Shown piece by piece: positions 51,761-62,822 of a stretch of 64,000 bases of DNA. Position 1 is the first letter of the stretch. Every line of letters begins with the position of its first letter. Position numbers and translations under genes: made by a program. The notes under the pieces are model-generated. The model was not told where the DNA came from, did no database searches, and saw nothing but the letters and a program-made list of their open reading frames with translations. The stretch is from assembly GCA_947478395.1 (NCBI GenBank), contig CANJVR010000002.1:480001-544000 (forward strand), given 5' to 3'. This DNA comes from Opitutia bacterium (GTDB taxonomy: Bacteria > Verrucomicrobiota > Verrucomicrobiia > Opitutales > Opitutaceae).

Positions 51761-52642
51761 TTAAAACAGCTCCGGCTCAAAGTAGCGTTTACGCGCGTCG
51801 GCCAGCGCCGAGCGCATTTCCAATTCCTCCAGCAAGCGAAACAACTCCTCGGGCGCAGACGTGGGCTTGCCGACGACGAGACTTGGCAAACTTAAATTCA
51901 GCGTAGTGAGTTTGAGATTACGCCGCAATTTTTCAGCTTCCGCCGCGACCGGTTCACGAAAGCGCTCGGGCTTCAATTCCGCCGCGTGCGAGATGACTCC
52001 TTCGAGGCTGCCCCACTCCGCCAGCCATTTCGCCGCGGTCTTCGGTCCCACGCCGGCGATGCCAGGAATGTTATCCGACGTATCGCCCACGAGCGCGAGG
52101 TACTCCGCGATCTGCGCCGGAGGCACCCCGAATTTTTCCATCACGCCCGCCGCATCCATGAAGCGCCAGCCAAGCTTGGGATTAGCCGTAGGTGGCGGCA
52201 GGAGGATTTTTATCTTCTCGTTCACCAGCTGCGCGAAATCCTTGTCGGAACTCACGATCAAAACCTCATGCCCCGCGCGCTCCAATGCGACCGCTTCGGC
52301 CGCGAGCAGATCGTCACTTTCAACCCCGTGCTGTTCGATGCCGACCAACCCCATGGCGCGCGTGAGCGTTTTCACGTAGGGCAATTGTTTCACGAGGGCT
52401 TCGGGCATCTCCTCGCGCTGCGCCTTGTACTCAGCATGGATGGCGAGCCGGTCCTGGGCGCCGCCCAAATCAAAAAACACGAGCGTCGAATCGGGCCGTT
52501 CCTGATCCATGAGTTTCCAGAGGGATTTCACCCACCCGTGCAACGCATTCGTCGGAAAACCGTCGGCGCGCGTCAGCTCCGGGATCGCGAAGAAGCAGCG
52601 GTACGCCAGATTGAATCCGTCCACGAGAAGCCATTTTGCCAT
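51761..52642 (-). CDS. Stand-alone 5'-3' exonuclease / flap endonuclease (PolI N-terminal-like)
   Basis: LLVDG, YKAQR, ESDD, SSDKD, GDTSDNIPGIAGVGPKTA. Confidence 0.92.
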   Translation of the reverse strand: MAKWLLVDGFNLAYRCFFAIPELTRADGFPTNALHGWVKSLWKLMDQERPDSTLVFFDLGGAQDRLAIHAEYKAQREEMPEALVKQLPYVKTLTRAMGLVGIEQHGVESDDLLAAEAVALERAGHEVLIVSSDKDFAQLVNEKIKILLPPPTANPKLGWRFMDAAGVMEKFGVPPAQIAEYLALVGDTSDNIPGIAGVGPKTAAKWLAEWGSLEGVISHAAELKPERFREPVAAEAEKLRRNLKLTTLNLSLPSLVVGKPTSAPEELFRLLEELEMRSALADARKRYFEPELF

Positions 52643-52911
52643 GCGCTCAAACCAATGGGGCCCGGCCACGGAGGGCCAGCGAAGAAATCGGTCGAGGGTC
52701 ATTCAGGGGAGAACCCACCGCGCGCTGCGGGCCCCCGTCTCAGAAAAGGCAATCTCCAGTAGGTCGGAACCCGTTGACCTCCGCCGCGGCTGGCCGGGGT
52801 TCGGCGACACCTTCGTCCGCCACGGTCCATGCTCCGCCTCGCGCCCGTGCTTGCTTTAAGCGGAAAGCACCGGTGAAGATTACTGACCTCGAATCGCTTC
52901 GATAACTTTTC

Positions 52912-53823
52912 ATGACTCCCCAGGAACTAAAGAAAACCATGTCGGCGGGATTGCTCTCATTTCCCGTCACCGATTTCAACGCCGCCGGCGATTTTCGTGC
53001 CGACACCTATGCGCGGAGGCTCGAGTGGCTGATGCCCTACGGGGCCACGGTCCTGTTCGCGGCGGGCGGCACCGGTGAATTTTTCTCCCTCACGGCGCAG
53101 GACTTCACCGACGTGGTTCGCACGGCTGTGAACACCTGTCGCGGCGGCGTGCCGATCATCGCCGGGGCCGGCGGTCCGACCCGGCAGGCGATCGCGTTTG
53201 CGCAGGAGGCCGAACGCCTCGGGGCGCAAGGCGTGTTGTTATTGCCCCACTATTTGACGGAAGCGGGACAGGAAGGTCTGGCCGCTCACGTTGAAGCGGT
53301 TTGTCGCTCGGTAAAATGTGGCGTCATCATCTACAATCGCGGCGCCTGCCGCCTGACCGCGTCCACGCTGGCCCTGCTCGCGGAGCGCTGTCCGAACCTC
53401 GTCGGCTTCAAAGACGGCATCGGCGACATCGAACTGATGGTATCGATTCGTCGAAAAATGGGCGACCGCTTCGCCTACCTCGGCGGCTTGCCAACCGCGG
53501 AAGTTTACGCGGGCGCCTACAAAGCGCTCGGCGTGCCCGTCTATTCATCCGCGGTATTTAACTTCATCCCGAAAACCGCGATGGAATTTTATCGTGCGCT
53601 AGCGGTCGGAGATGAAGCCACGATGAACGGGCTCCTTGACCGGTTCTTCCTGCCGTATTTGGAAATCCGCAATCGCCGTCCCGGTTACGCCGTGAGCATC
53701 GTGAAAGCCGGAGCCAAGCTCGTGGGTCACGACGCCGGGCCCGTGCGGCCGCCGCTCGTGGATTTGACCGCGGAGGAAGACGCCAAACTCGCCGCGCTGA
53801 TTCAAGCCCTCGGTCCGCAATAA
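52912..53823 (+). CDS. kdgD: 5-dehydro-4-deoxyglucarate dehydratase
   Basis: [45 protein letters not shown]. Confidence 0.95.
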   Translation: MTPQELKKTMSAGLLSFPVTDFNAAGDFRADTYARRLEWLMPYGATVLFAAGGTGEFFSLTAQDFTDVVRTAVNTCRGGVPIIAGAGGPTRQAIAFAQEAERLGAQGVLLLPHYLTEAGQEGLAAHVEAVCRSVKCGVIIYNRGACRLTASTLALLAERCPNLVGFKDGIGDIELMVSIRRKMGDRFAYLGGLPTAEVYAGAYKALGVPVYSSAVFNFIPKTAMEFYRALAVGDEATMNGLLDRFFLPYLEIRNRRPGYAVSIVKAGAKLVGHDAGPVRPPLVDLTAEEDAKLAALIQALGPQ

Positions 53824-53942
53824 ACCGCCGGAGGGACTCCGGGCCTGCGCGTAAACACCCGCGCGCCGGTTCGTCTCCACCCTCGGGGAACTGTCGCTCA
53901 GCATCGATCTCTGTCGGATTTGTCGTAATTCCCTTACCCCAT

Positions 53943-55319
53943 ATGAACCAGCCCACTACCCCGCCCCAGACCAAGCGCACGAACGTGCGGTATGGGATCG
54001 TTTTCTTCCTGTTCCTGCTCACGTCGCTGAACTTCGCCGACCGCGCCACGCTCTCGATGGTCGGCACCGATGTCTCAAAAAAATTCGGGCTCGATAACGT
54101 CACGTTAGGCTACCTGCTGTCCGCGTTTTCGTGGTCCTACGTGCTGGCGCAATTGCCGGGCGGCTGGTTGCTGGACCGCAAGGGCCCGAAGCAGGTCTAC
54201 CTTTGGAGTATTATCCTGTGGTCGCTTTTCACGCTACTTCAGGGCTGCACGTTCGGCGGGGATTCGTTTTTCACGATCCCGAGGCCTTTCATGACTCCCA
54301 TGCTCGTCAGCGGTGCGGTGCTGATGTTATTCGGCCTTCGGTTTTTCCTCGGCGTGGCGGAAGCCCCGTCCTTCCCGGCCAACAGCCGCATCGTCGCGAG
54401 CTGGTTTCCCACGGCGGAACGCGGCACGGCCACGGCAATTTTCAACTCAGCGCAATACGCCGCGACCGTGATTTTCACGCCGATGATGGGCTGGATTATC
54501 CACAACTTCGGCTGGCAGCAGGTATTTTTCTTCATGGGCGGAGTCGGACTTCTCTTCGCCGCCGCGTGGCCGCGCTTGATCTACGCGCCGAGTGAACACC
54601 CGCGGGCCAATGCCGCCGAAGTCGAGCACATCGCGAGCGGTGGCGGCTTGATCGAGATGGGCAAACCGGTGAGCAAGCCCGGGGCCAAGGGCGGCTGGCC
54701 GGTGATGAAACAGCTCCTGGGAAACCGCATGTTGCTCGGGATCTATTTCGGCCAGTACTGCATCACCACCCTCACCTGGTTTTTCCTGACCTGGTTTCCA
54801 ATCTACCTCGTGAAGGAGCGTCACATGTCGATTCTCAAGGTCGGATTCGTCGCTGTGTTGCCCGCGCTCTGCGGCCTGACCGGCGGCATCCTCGGCGGGC
54901 TATTCTCGGATTTCCTCCTGCGCCGCGGGTGCTCGCTGACGGTCGCGCGCAAGACGCCCATCGTGGGCGGGCTGCTGCTTTCAGTGAGCATGGTGGGGTG
55001 CAACTACGTTAGCGCCGAAGCCGCCGTGATCGCGCTCATGAGTCTCGCCTACTTTGGCAAAGGCATCGGCGCCCTCGGCTGGGCGGTCGTTTCCGACTCC
55101 TCCCCCAAGGAGAGCATGGGGCTGAGCGGCGGGCTGTTTAACATGTTCGGCAACATTGCGGGTATAACCACCCCCATCGCCATCGGCTACATCGTCGACC
55201 GCACGCACTCGTTCAACGGAGCACTGGTGTTCGTCGGTGCGCACGCGCTCCTCGGCGTCATCAGCTTCCTTTTCGTCGTCGGCGAAATCAAACGCGTGGA
55301 ACTGCGCGCGACCGCCTAA
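53943..55319 (+). CDS. gudP: Glucarate/galactarate MFS transporter
   Basis: [34 protein letters not shown]; located between kdgD and gudD. Confidence 0.88.
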   Translation: MNQPTTPPQTKRTNVRYGIVFFLFLLTSLNFADRATLSMVGTDVSKKFGLDNVTLGYLLSAFSWSYVLAQLPGGWLLDRKGPKQVYLWSIILWSLFTLLQGCTFGGDSFFTIPRPFMTPMLVSGAVLMLFGLRFFLGVAEAPSFPANSRIVASWFPTAERGTATAIFNSAQYAATVIFTPMMGWIIHNFGWQQVFFFMGGVGLLFAAAWPRLIYAPSEHPRANAAEVEHIASGGGLIEMGKPVSKPGAKGGWPVMKQLLGNRMLLGIYFGQYCITTLTWFFLTWFPIYLVKERHMSILKVGFVAVLPALCGLTGGILGGLFSDFLLRRGCSLTVARKTPIVGGLLLSVSMVGCNYVSAEAAVIALMSLAYFGKGIGALGWAVVSDSSPKESMGLSGGLFNMFGNIAGITTPIAIGYIVDRTHSFNGALVFVGAHALLGVISFLFVVGEIKRVELRATA

Positions 55320-55335
55320 CCGTTTTCGCTTCCGG

Positions 55336-56685
55336 GTGACAACTTCCTTGTTCTCCTCCGCCGCCACGCCCCTCGTAACCGCCATGCGCGTCGTGCCGGT
55401 CGCTGGCCGCGACAGCATGCTGCTTAATTTGAGTGGCGCGCACGGGCCTTACTTCACTCGTAATGTCGTTTTGCTCACCGACAGCTCCGGGCATACGGGC
55501 GTCGGAGAAGTTCCAGGCGGCGAACGCATCCGACAAACGTTGGAAGACGCGCGGCCGTTAATCGTCGGTCGCGCCATTGGCGAATATCAAGTCGTCCTAG
55601 AAACAATCCGGGAGAAATTTGCCGAGCGCGATGCGGGTGGACGCGGACAACAGACCTTCGATCTCCGCGTAACAATTCACGCCGTGACCGCCGTCGAATC
55701 AGCTTTGCTCGACTTGCTCGGCCAGCATCGCGGGGTCGCCGTCGCCGACCTGCTCGGCACGGGCCGCCAACGGGATCGCGTGGAGGTGCTCGGCTATCTT
55801 TTCTACGTGGGCGACCGGAAGAAAACCGATTTGCCCTACGAACCCGCGCCGGCCGTCGGCGACGACTGGCAGCGGCTGCGTCACGAGGAAGCCATGACAA
55901 GCGCCGCCGTCGTTCGCCTCGCCGAGGCCGCGCACGCGCGTTACGGTTTCAACGATTTCAAACTCAAAGGCGGCGTGTGCCGTGGCGACGAAGAAATGGA
56001 AGCCGCCGCCGCCCTTGCCGCGCGTTTTCCCAAGGCCCGCGTCACCCTCGATCCCAACGGCGCGTGGTCCCTGGATGAAGCCGTGCGGTTGTGCCGTGGA
56101 CAGCACCACGTGCTCGCGTACGCCGAGGACCCGTGCGGCGCGGAAAAGGGATTTTCGGGCCGTGAAATCATGGCGGAATTTCGCCAGGCCACGGGATTGC
56201 CCACCGCGACGAATATGATCGCGACCGACTGGCGCGAGCTCGGACACGCCCTCGCGCTCAAAGCGGTGGATATCCCGCTCGCCGACCCTCATTTTTGGAC
56301 GATGCAGGGCTCCGTGCGCGTGGCCGAGGTCTGCGCAAAGCATGGCCTGACCTGGGGATCGCACTCGAACAATCACTTCGATATCTCGCTCGCGATGTTC
56401 ACGCACGTCGCCGCGGCTGCGCCCGGCAAAACGACGGCCATCGACACGCACTGGATCTGGCAGGACGGCCAGCGCCTGACCAAGGAGCCGCTCAAAATTC
56501 GCGACGGCTACCTTACCGTACCGGAGCGCCCCGGACTTGGCATCGAGATCGACCTCGCGCAGCTCGACCTCGCGCACGAACTTTACCGGAGCATGGGGCT
56601 TGGCGCCCGCGACGATGCGATGGCGATGCAGTATTTGATCCCCGGCTGGAAGTTCGATCCGAAGCGGCCTTGCCTCGTGCGGTAA
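55336..56685 (+). CDS. gudD: Glucarate dehydratase (enolase superfamily)
   Basis: [51 protein letters not shown] start inferred. Confidence 0.93.
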   Translation: MTTSLFSSAATPLVTAMRVVPVAGRDSMLLNLSGAHGPYFTRNVVLLTDSSGHTGVGEVPGGERIRQTLEDARPLIVGRAIGEYQVVLETIREKFAERDAGGRGQQTFDLRVTIHAVTAVESALLDLLGQHRGVAVADLLGTGRQRDRVEVLGYLFYVGDRKKTDLPYEPAPAVGDDWQRLRHEEAMTSAAVVRLAEAAHARYGFNDFKLKGGVCRGDEEMEAAAALAARFPKARVTLDPNGAWSLDEAVRLCRGQHHVLAYAEDPCGAEKGFSGREIMAEFRQATGLPTATNMIATDWRELGHALALKAVDIPLADPHFWTMQGSVRVAEVCAKHGLTWGSHSNNHFDISLAMFTHVAAAAPGKTTAIDTHWIWQDGQRLTKEPLKIRDGYLTVPERPGLGIEIDLAQLDLAHELYRSMGLGARDDAMAMQYLIPGWKFDPKRPCLVR

Positions 56686-56802
56686 GCGCACCCGTAAAAT
56701 AGGCGTCGGAGGCAGGGCTGCTATCCCTACCCCGTCGCTGCGACTTTGCGCACCGGAAAATCAACGCTAAGCCGGCGCGTTAAAGACAACGCGCGCTCGC
56801 CC

Positions 56803-57717
56803 TCAAACCTTCAACTCGGGATGGTCTCGCACATATTCCGTCACGTAATTCCCGAACGCCGCTTTCAAGCGCATCGCGACGGATTCGGGATAAACCCTGA
56901 ATCGAGCCGCATCGATCGCTGCCACCGGCATCACATCCTTGGTGGTCGAAATCAGAAAACACTCCTCTATTCCCGCTAAATCCTCCGGCCGCACCGTTTC
57001 TTCCCGCATCGTCACTCCAGCCTCGGCCGCAATTTTATCAAGCAGTAATCCCCGCGTAATCCCGCACAAAATGCCGGCTGAGACCGGCGGCGTGAGCACG
57101 ATGCCGTCACGGACAAAACCAATATTGGAAACGGCCGCCTCGGTGATTTCTCCCGCCAAGTTTAGAATCACGACTTCATCCGCACCGCGTGAGCGCGCCT
57201 CTCGCAGCGCGAGGACGTTGTTAAGATAATTTCCTGTTTTCCACGCCGGGCTGAGGCTCTCAATAGAATTTCGTCGCACCGTCGTGGCCACGGAAAGCGT
57301 CAGCCCCGTCGTCATTTTCGCCACCGTCAATTCCGGACAGGGCTGGACCAGCAAGACGAAGTCCGCGCGTTCCGCCAAAGCGGTATCGAGCCCGATGGCT
57401 CCGCTGCCACGCGTGATCTGCAACCGGATATACAGCTCGCCTGTAAAATTCGTCGCCGCGCGAAACGCCGCGATCGTCCGCCGGATTTCTTCTAGCATCG
57501 GACCCCGCGTGAAAAGCAGATCGAGATGCAGGGCCCTCGCCGACTCCTCCAATCGTCGCCAGTGTTCCTCCCACGCGAAAATCACGCCACGATACGTGCG
57601 CCACACTTCATAAATAGCGTCGCCGTATAAAAACCCGCGATTCAGCGGCGAGATCGAAGGCTCATGCGCGCCATGGAGCCGTCCGTTCGTATTGGCCTGA
57701 ATAAATGAAACCGACAT
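56803..57717 (-). CDS. Class IV PLP-dependent aminotransferase (BCAT/D-amino acid/ADC-lyase family)
   Basis: RGFLYGDAIYE, HWRRL, KTGNY, EAAVSN, GILCGITR. Confidence 0.9.
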   Translation of the reverse strand: MSVSFIQANTNGRLHGAHEPSISPLNRGFLYGDAIYEVWRTYRGVIFAWEEHWRRLEESARALHLDLLFTRGPMLEEIRRTIAAFRAATNFTGELYIRLQITRGSGAIGLDTALAERADFVLLVQPCPELTVAKMTTGLTLSVATTVRRNSIESLSPAWKTGNYLNNVLALREARSRGADEVVILNLAGEITEAAVSNIGFVRDGIVLTPPVSAGILCGITRGLLLDKIAAEAGVTMREETVRPEDLAGIEECFLISTTKDVMPVAAIDAARFRVYPESVAMRLKAAFGNYVTEYVRDHPELKV

Positions 57718-57755
57718 GAGCTTGAAAATTCAACGACGGCGCCCACTAGCCAAAC

Positions 57756-57784
57756 AAAAAGCCCCGCTGCTTGCGCGCGGGGCT
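57756..57784 (-). terminator. Intrinsic terminator of the small basic protein gene
   Basis: agccccgc...gcggggct stem preceded by aaaaa (U-tract on the minus strand). Confidence 0.75.
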
Positions 57785-57806
57785 GAAAATAAAAATCACG
57801 AAACGC

Positions 57807-58175
57807 TTACTTGCGGGCTTTGACGAGCCCCAGCTTCGTTTTGATGTTCTGCACGCTCGGCAGCGAAATCCCGACGGCACTTGCGATTTTTGAGCCGGAT
57901 GTTTTTTCGGCGAGCATGCGCTTTACTTCGGCTACGATGGCATCGGTGATGACAGCGCGTTTGCGTTTTTTAACGCCAGCTTTCTTAGCCACCTTGCCTT
58001 TGCTCCGTCCACCCGAGGCAGCCTTGACTGCTTTAATGAACGATTTGACGGAATCGAAATCGTATTTAGCCGGAAGACCGGCCAGTTCTCGACTGAGTTC
58101 AGCGGCAATAGCTTTTTCCAGATCGGCCACCTTCGCTTTGGTGGCGTTGAGTTCTTTAATTTTTTCAGTAACCAT
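57807..58175 (-). CDS. Small basic protein: N-terminal coiled coil, Lys-rich linker, C-terminal HTH (candidate nucleoid-associated protein)
   Basis: 122 aa, very Lys-rich; SGSKIASAVGISLPSVQNIK is HTH-like; has its own terminator. Confidence 0.8.
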   Translation of the reverse strand: MVTEKIKELNATKAKVADLEKAIAAELSRELAGLPAKYDFDSVKSFIKAVKAASGGRSKGKVAKKAGVKKRKRAVITDAIVAEVKRMLAEKTSGSKIASAVGISLPSVQNIKTKLGLVKARK

Positions 58176-58249
58176 AAGCGCTGACTACACCGTCACTATA
58201 TCGTCGCCGCAAGTCTCAATATAGACGCTAAGTACATTGTGCATCGCGC

Positions 58250-59041
58250 CTAAATGGTCATAGCGTGATAGCCGCCGTCGACCACGATCTCGGCGCCGGT
58301 GATAAAGCCACCCGCGGCATCGCTCGCGAGCAACAGCGTGGCACCGATCAATTCACGTGCTTCGCCGAACCGTTTCATCGGCGTGTGGCCCATGATCGAG
58401 GTCACGCGATCAGGGGAAAGAATCTTGCGATTCTGCTCGGCCGGGAAAAATCCCGGGACCACCGTGTTAACGCGGACACCCTTCGGGGCCCATTCGCGGG
58501 CCAGATTTTTGGAGAGATTGTGTACGGCGGCCTTACTCGCCGAATAAGTGAAAACGCGGGAGAGCGGCACCAAGCCCGACATCGAACCCAGGTTGATGAT
58601 CGATCCGCCGGACCCGCGCTCCACGAGATATTTCCCGAAAATCTGGCAGCCGAGAAACACGCCCTTGAGGTTGATCTTGATGATGCGGTCGAACTCATCC
58701 TCCGCGATTTCAAGAAACGGAGTGGCCGAGTTTACGCCGGCGCCGTTAACGACGATGTCGATCTGACCCGAACGTTTCAGCACCGTGTCGAGCAACGTCT
58801 GCACCGCCAATTTATCGCTCGCCTCGGCTGAAACAAAATAACCTTTGCCGCCCGCCGCGTGAATGCGCTCAAGCCGCGGCTTGGCTTTCTCCTCGTTGCG
58901 ACCGACCAGCACGACCTCCGCGCCCGCCGCGGCCAGGCCCTCGCCCATCGCTCCGCAGAGTTCTCCCGTGCCGCCAATGACAACCGCGACTTTGCCACGG
59001 AGAGAGAACAGTGCATTCAAATAGTCAGGGGAGGTGCTCAT
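58250..59041 (-). CDS. SDR oxidoreductase (gluconate 5-dehydrogenase/D-mannonate oxidoreductase-like)
   Basis: [26 protein letters not shown]. Confidence 0.88.
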   Translation of the reverse strand: MSTSPDYLNALFSLRGKVAVVIGGTGELCGAMGEGLAAAGAEVVLVGRNEEKAKPRLERIHAAGGKGYFVSAEASDKLAVQTLLDTVLKRSGQIDIVVNGAGVNSATPFLEIAEDEFDRIIKINLKGVFLGCQIFGKYLVERGSGGSIINLGSMSGLVPLSRVFTYSASKAAVHNLSKNLAREWAPKGVRVNTVVPGFFPAEQNRKILSPDRVTSIMGHTPMKRFGEARELIGATLLLASDAAGGFITGAEIVVDGGYHAMTI

Positions 59042-59152
59042 ATAAGAGCGTGCATCAAAGTCGACACTCCGCGCGCAAATCAACGGCAAACCCTGCGCTC
59101 TGTGCCGGCATTCGGCTTGCGAGGCTGGGTCCGCCGGACACCGTGAGCCCAC

Positions 59153-59977
59153 ATGCCTCGCATCCCGCTCGAAGATAATTTCAACGATGTCATCAATAAA
59201 GCCCAGCGCGGTCTGAAAATTTCTGATGCCGATCTCGCCAAGCGGGCCGAGGTCTCACTCGAGGATCTCGCCGCCGTCAAACGCGGCGAACCGATCGAGG
59301 CCGTCTACCGCCGCGTCGCCCGCCATCTTCGACTCGGACCCGAAACGCTGGCCCAGCTCGCGCAAAAGCGCTGGTACCCGCAGCCGCCCATCTTCACCCG
59401 CGGCTTCGCGATGTTCAACACGCCGTTCGAAAACATGACGGTTAACAGTTATCTTATCTGGGATTCCCGCACCAAGGAAGCAGCCGCCTTCGATACCGGT
59501 GCCAACTGCGACGACATGCTCAGCCTGATTGATTCCGAGAAGCTCAAGGTCACCGCCATTTTTCTAACGCACACCCACGAAGATCATATCGCCGATCTGC
59601 CCAAACTGGCGAAGGCGATCAACGCCACGGTGTGGGCCCACGAACTTGAACCGTCGGATTATCCCGGAGCGAAGACCTTTAAGGAAAACGCCCATTTCCA
59701 TTTCGGTGAACTCGCCGTGAAAACGCTTCTGACTTCGGGCCACTCGCCGGGCATGACCTCGTATTTTATCACCGGCCTGAGCTTTCCGCTGGCGATTGTG
59801 GGCGATGCGATCTTTGCCTCCTCGATGGGCGGCAGTGCGGAGCATTTCAAGGAGCAGTTCGAAAATAATCGGACCAAGCTCATGACGCTTTACCGCGATA
59901 CGGTCTTCGCTCCCGGTCACGGCCCGCTGACGACGCTGAATCAAGAGCGTATCAACAATCCGTTCATCGCACGCTGA
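59153..59977 (+). CDS. Metallo-beta-lactamase-fold hydrolase with N-terminal HTH-like domain
   Basis: THTHEDH, SGHSPG, GDAIF, PGHGP; about 75-aa helical N-terminal extension. Confidence 0.88.
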   Translation: MPRIPLEDNFNDVINKAQRGLKISDADLAKRAEVSLEDLAAVKRGEPIEAVYRRVARHLRLGPETLAQLAQKRWYPQPPIFTRGFAMFNTPFENMTVNSYLIWDSRTKEAAAFDTGANCDDMLSLIDSEKLKVTAIFLTHTHEDHIADLPKLAKAINATVWAHELEPSDYPGAKTFKENAHFHFGELAVKTLLTSGHSPGMTSYFITGLSFPLAIVGDAIFASSMGGSAEHFKEQFENNRTKLMTLYRDTVFAPGHGPLTTLNQERINNPFIAR

Positions 59978-60492
59978 TCTCCGGTCTGCGTCTAAGCACC
60001 GCGCCGAAAAATCACCGACGCCGGCGTCGGGTTGCATGGCGCGCCGGTTAAAAATTTACGGACAAATCATCACGGCCGGCTCCGACCGCCGAGTTTCCGC
60101 GGCTCTCAAGCTCGGTCGGCAACGAGGTGCGGCGAAGCCAGCGGCATTCTTTATCTGATTTAGCCGGGCGATACCGTAATCGAAGGACGCTGCATCGACT
60201 CACTCCGCGCTGGCGCAATGTGGACTTGAGAGCCGTCACGGGCGCATGGCAGAGTGGCCGTTCTTGAAGAACCCCCTCAGAATTTTCCACCTCGTCCTGA
60301 TTATCTTCGCCTTAACTCCGCTGCGGGCGGCCGAACGCTCCGTCGAGAATTCGTACTCCGTCGTGCCGGACGGCGCGCTTCTCACGTCGCGAGCGAGCGG
60401 CAAAAATGTGAAGTTAGAGCCGTTTATGCAGTTCATCGACGAGGAAGCCATGGACGCGATTTCTAGTCGAAAAACCTAAGCTCAAACACCCT

Positions 60493-61314
60493 GTGGCGAT
60501 CATCGATACTCACACTCATTTGGATGTATTCGCACGGCGCGGCGAACTGCCGGCTGTATTGAAGCGAGCCCGGGAGGCAAACGTCGTTGCCATGATCACA
60601 ATCGGGACCGCCCCCGATGATTGGACGCTGTATCGCGATTTAACCCGAGAGCATCGCGGGATCGTCTATTACACGGTCGGGCTGCATCCGTGTTCGGTGG
60701 ACGCCGACTGGGAAACGGCGGTCAGCCAGATCGAAGCGTTCTGGAACGAGAGCGATGCCGACTCCCGTCCGCGACCCGTGGCCTTGGGCGAATGCGGATT
60801 GGACCGATTCCATTTGCCGAAGGACGACGCCGCCCGGGCCGCCGAAATCTTCTCATGGCAACAGGCGGCTTTCGCTCGGCAGCTCGCGCTCGCTCGCCGC
60901 CTGGGCTGTCCATTGGTCGTGCATTCGCGCGGCGCATTCACCGAATCCGTCGCAATGATTGAGGCGAGCGGGGTCGATTGGAAGCGGGTGGTATTTCACT
61001 GCTTCACCGAAGGTCCGGCTGAAATCGCCGAGCTCGTGCGCCGTGGGGCCTGTGCCTCATTCACCGGAATTCTCACTTACAAGTCGGCCGAAAACGTCAG
61101 GAACGCCGCCAAGGCCCAGGGACTCGCCGCCCTGATGATAGAAACCGACGCGCCTTTTCTCGCCCCGGTGCCGCATCGCGGCGAAACCAATGAGCCCGCT
61201 TTTTTGCGGCACACGGCTGAGTATGCCGCGCGCACGGTTTTTGGCACGACGTTCGAAACGTTCGCGGCCACTACGTCGGCCAACGCGCGGCGATTCTTCG
61301 CTCTGGAAAGCTAG
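60493..61314 (+). CDS. tatD: TatD family nuclease
   Basis: DTHTH, GLHP, GECGLD, VHSR, FHCF, ETDAPFLAP. Confidence 0.93.
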   Translation: MAIIDTHTHLDVFARRGELPAVLKRAREANVVAMITIGTAPDDWTLYRDLTREHRGIVYYTVGLHPCSVDADWETAVSQIEAFWNESDADSRPRPVALGECGLDRFHLPKDDAARAAEIFSWQQAAFARQLALARRLGCPLVVHSRGAFTESVAMIEASGVDWKRVVFHCFTEGPAEIAELVRRGACASFTGILTYKSAENVRNAAKAQGLAALMIETDAPFLAPVPHRGETNEPAFLRHTAEYAARTVFGTTFETFAATTSANARRFFALES

Positions 61315-61326
61315 CGGACAAACCGA

Positions 61327-61629
61327 TCAGGCCTCGTCGAATTTGCGGTCGAACAAAGATTCCAGCTCGGTCAACATTTCCGCGGCATCAGGCCCGGTGA
61401 CCAAAAACTTGACCTTAGAATCCTTGCAGGCCGCCAACATCATGAGGCCCATGATACTCTTGCCGTTCACCTGCTCGTCGTCTTTTTCCACGAAAACATC
61501 GGCCTTAAATTTATTAGTGATACGCACGATCATGGCCGCAGGCCGGGCATGAATCCCCATCTTGTTCTGTACCACCAGCTCCTTGTTCAGAGGCTGGGCC
61601 GCAATGGGTGTGGCGTTGGTTTTATTCAT
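61327..61629 (-). CDS. ptsH: Phosphocarrier protein HPr
   Basis: GIHARPA (His15), NGKSIMGLMML (Ser46). Confidence 0.93.
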   Translation of the reverse strand: MNKTNATPIAAQPLNKELVVQNKMGIHARPAAMIVRITNKFKADVFVEKDDEQVNGKSIMGLMMLAACKDSKVKFLVTGPDAAEMLTELESLFDRKFDEA

Positions 61630-61712
61630 GAGGGAGGGACGAGAATGACCGGCCAACGTCGGTTAACCCGGCTCGGCTTGCAACCCCAAAGCCACCCGCC
61701 ACCATGCCAACG

Positions 61713-62459
61713 ATGTCGCGAATCGCCATAATCGTTCCGTGCCGCCTTGAATCGACCCGCTTCCCGCGCAAGTTGTTACATCAAGTCAAAGGCAAGTCAC
61801 TCGTGACGTGGGTCGCCGAGCGAATTTCCCGAGAAATGCCCGATCTGCCGCTCTACTTCGCGGTCGATCACGAGCTGTTGCGCAGCTGCCTGGTCGCGGA
61901 GGGCTTCAAGACGATCATGACCTCGGTCCATCACGCCAGTGGCACCGATCGGATTGCCGAGGCCAACCGACAGATCGGCGCGGACCTCGTGATCAACGTC
62001 CAGGCCGACGAGCCCCTGGTTTCCGCCCGACAAATCGGAGCATTGGCCGAACTGATCGCGGGTCCGGCCGATATGGCAACGCTCGCCACGCCGTTTACAA
62101 CCGCCGCCGATTTCGCGAACCCAAATCAAGTCAAAGTCGTGCGCGGCAACGATGCGCGCGCACTTTATTTTTCTAGAGCACCCATGCCCTTCGCGCGAGA
62201 GCTCGGTGGAAAAGTCGACGATGCATGGGTGCGCGCCAACCCCTGCTTCCGGCATCTCGGCCTCTACGCCTACAAGGCAGACCTTCTCGAAAAATTCGCG
62301 CGATTGCCCGTTGGCCAGCTGGAGCAGATTGAGAAATTGGAACAGCTCCGCGTGCTCGAAAACGGTTATCAAATCGCGTGCGGCCTGACCGACGATCCGA
62401 CGATCGGCGTGGACACACTAGAAGACGCGGTGAAGTTCGAAAAATGGCTCAGCGCTTGA
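61713..62459 (+). CDS. kdsB: 3-deoxy-manno-octulosonate cytidylyltransferase
   Basis: PCRLESTRFPRK, SGTDR, NVQADEP, ALYFSR, EKLEQLR; alternative start at 61704. Confidence 0.93.
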   Translation: MSRIAIIVPCRLESTRFPRKLLHQVKGKSLVTWVAERISREMPDLPLYFAVDHELLRSCLVAEGFKTIMTSVHHASGTDRIAEANRQIGADLVINVQADEPLVSARQIGALAELIAGPADMATLATPFTTAADFANPNQVKVVRGNDARALYFSRAPMPFARELGGKVDDAWVRANPCFRHLGLYAYKADLLEKFARLPVGQLEQIEKLEQLRVLENGYQIACGLTDDPTIGVDTLEDAVKFEKWLSA

Positions 62460-62822
62460 AAATCTGAAAGTTGTCTTCGAAGCGCTCCGGTCGCGCACTT
62501 AATTCTCAGGGATAAACTTGTTCACGCTCGGCGCACCGCTGCGGGTTTCACATCACCCCTCGAGGTATTTCATCCGCGGTCGTCGGATGGCGCCGGTATC
62601 ACGCTTCCCATCGCCGGTTTCCCGGCCGAAGGTGCAACGGCATGGAATCCTGGTCGACCTGCTGAAACCCGACGGCGGCCGCGCCGCGCGGTCGGGAAAA
62701 GAGCGAGAACGACGGCGGACATCTCTAAGACGAAAGAGCGGATAATCTCACGATCGGCAAAGGCAGGTAACACCGTTCCGCACCGGAACGAGATCAGCCT
62801 CCATCTGCGAATGCGCCCGCGT

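Noticed and set aside
62460..62822. 363-bp gap between convergent kdsB and carA
   Set aside because: Only short non-coding-like ORFs and weak hairpins; no recognisable RNA or gene.
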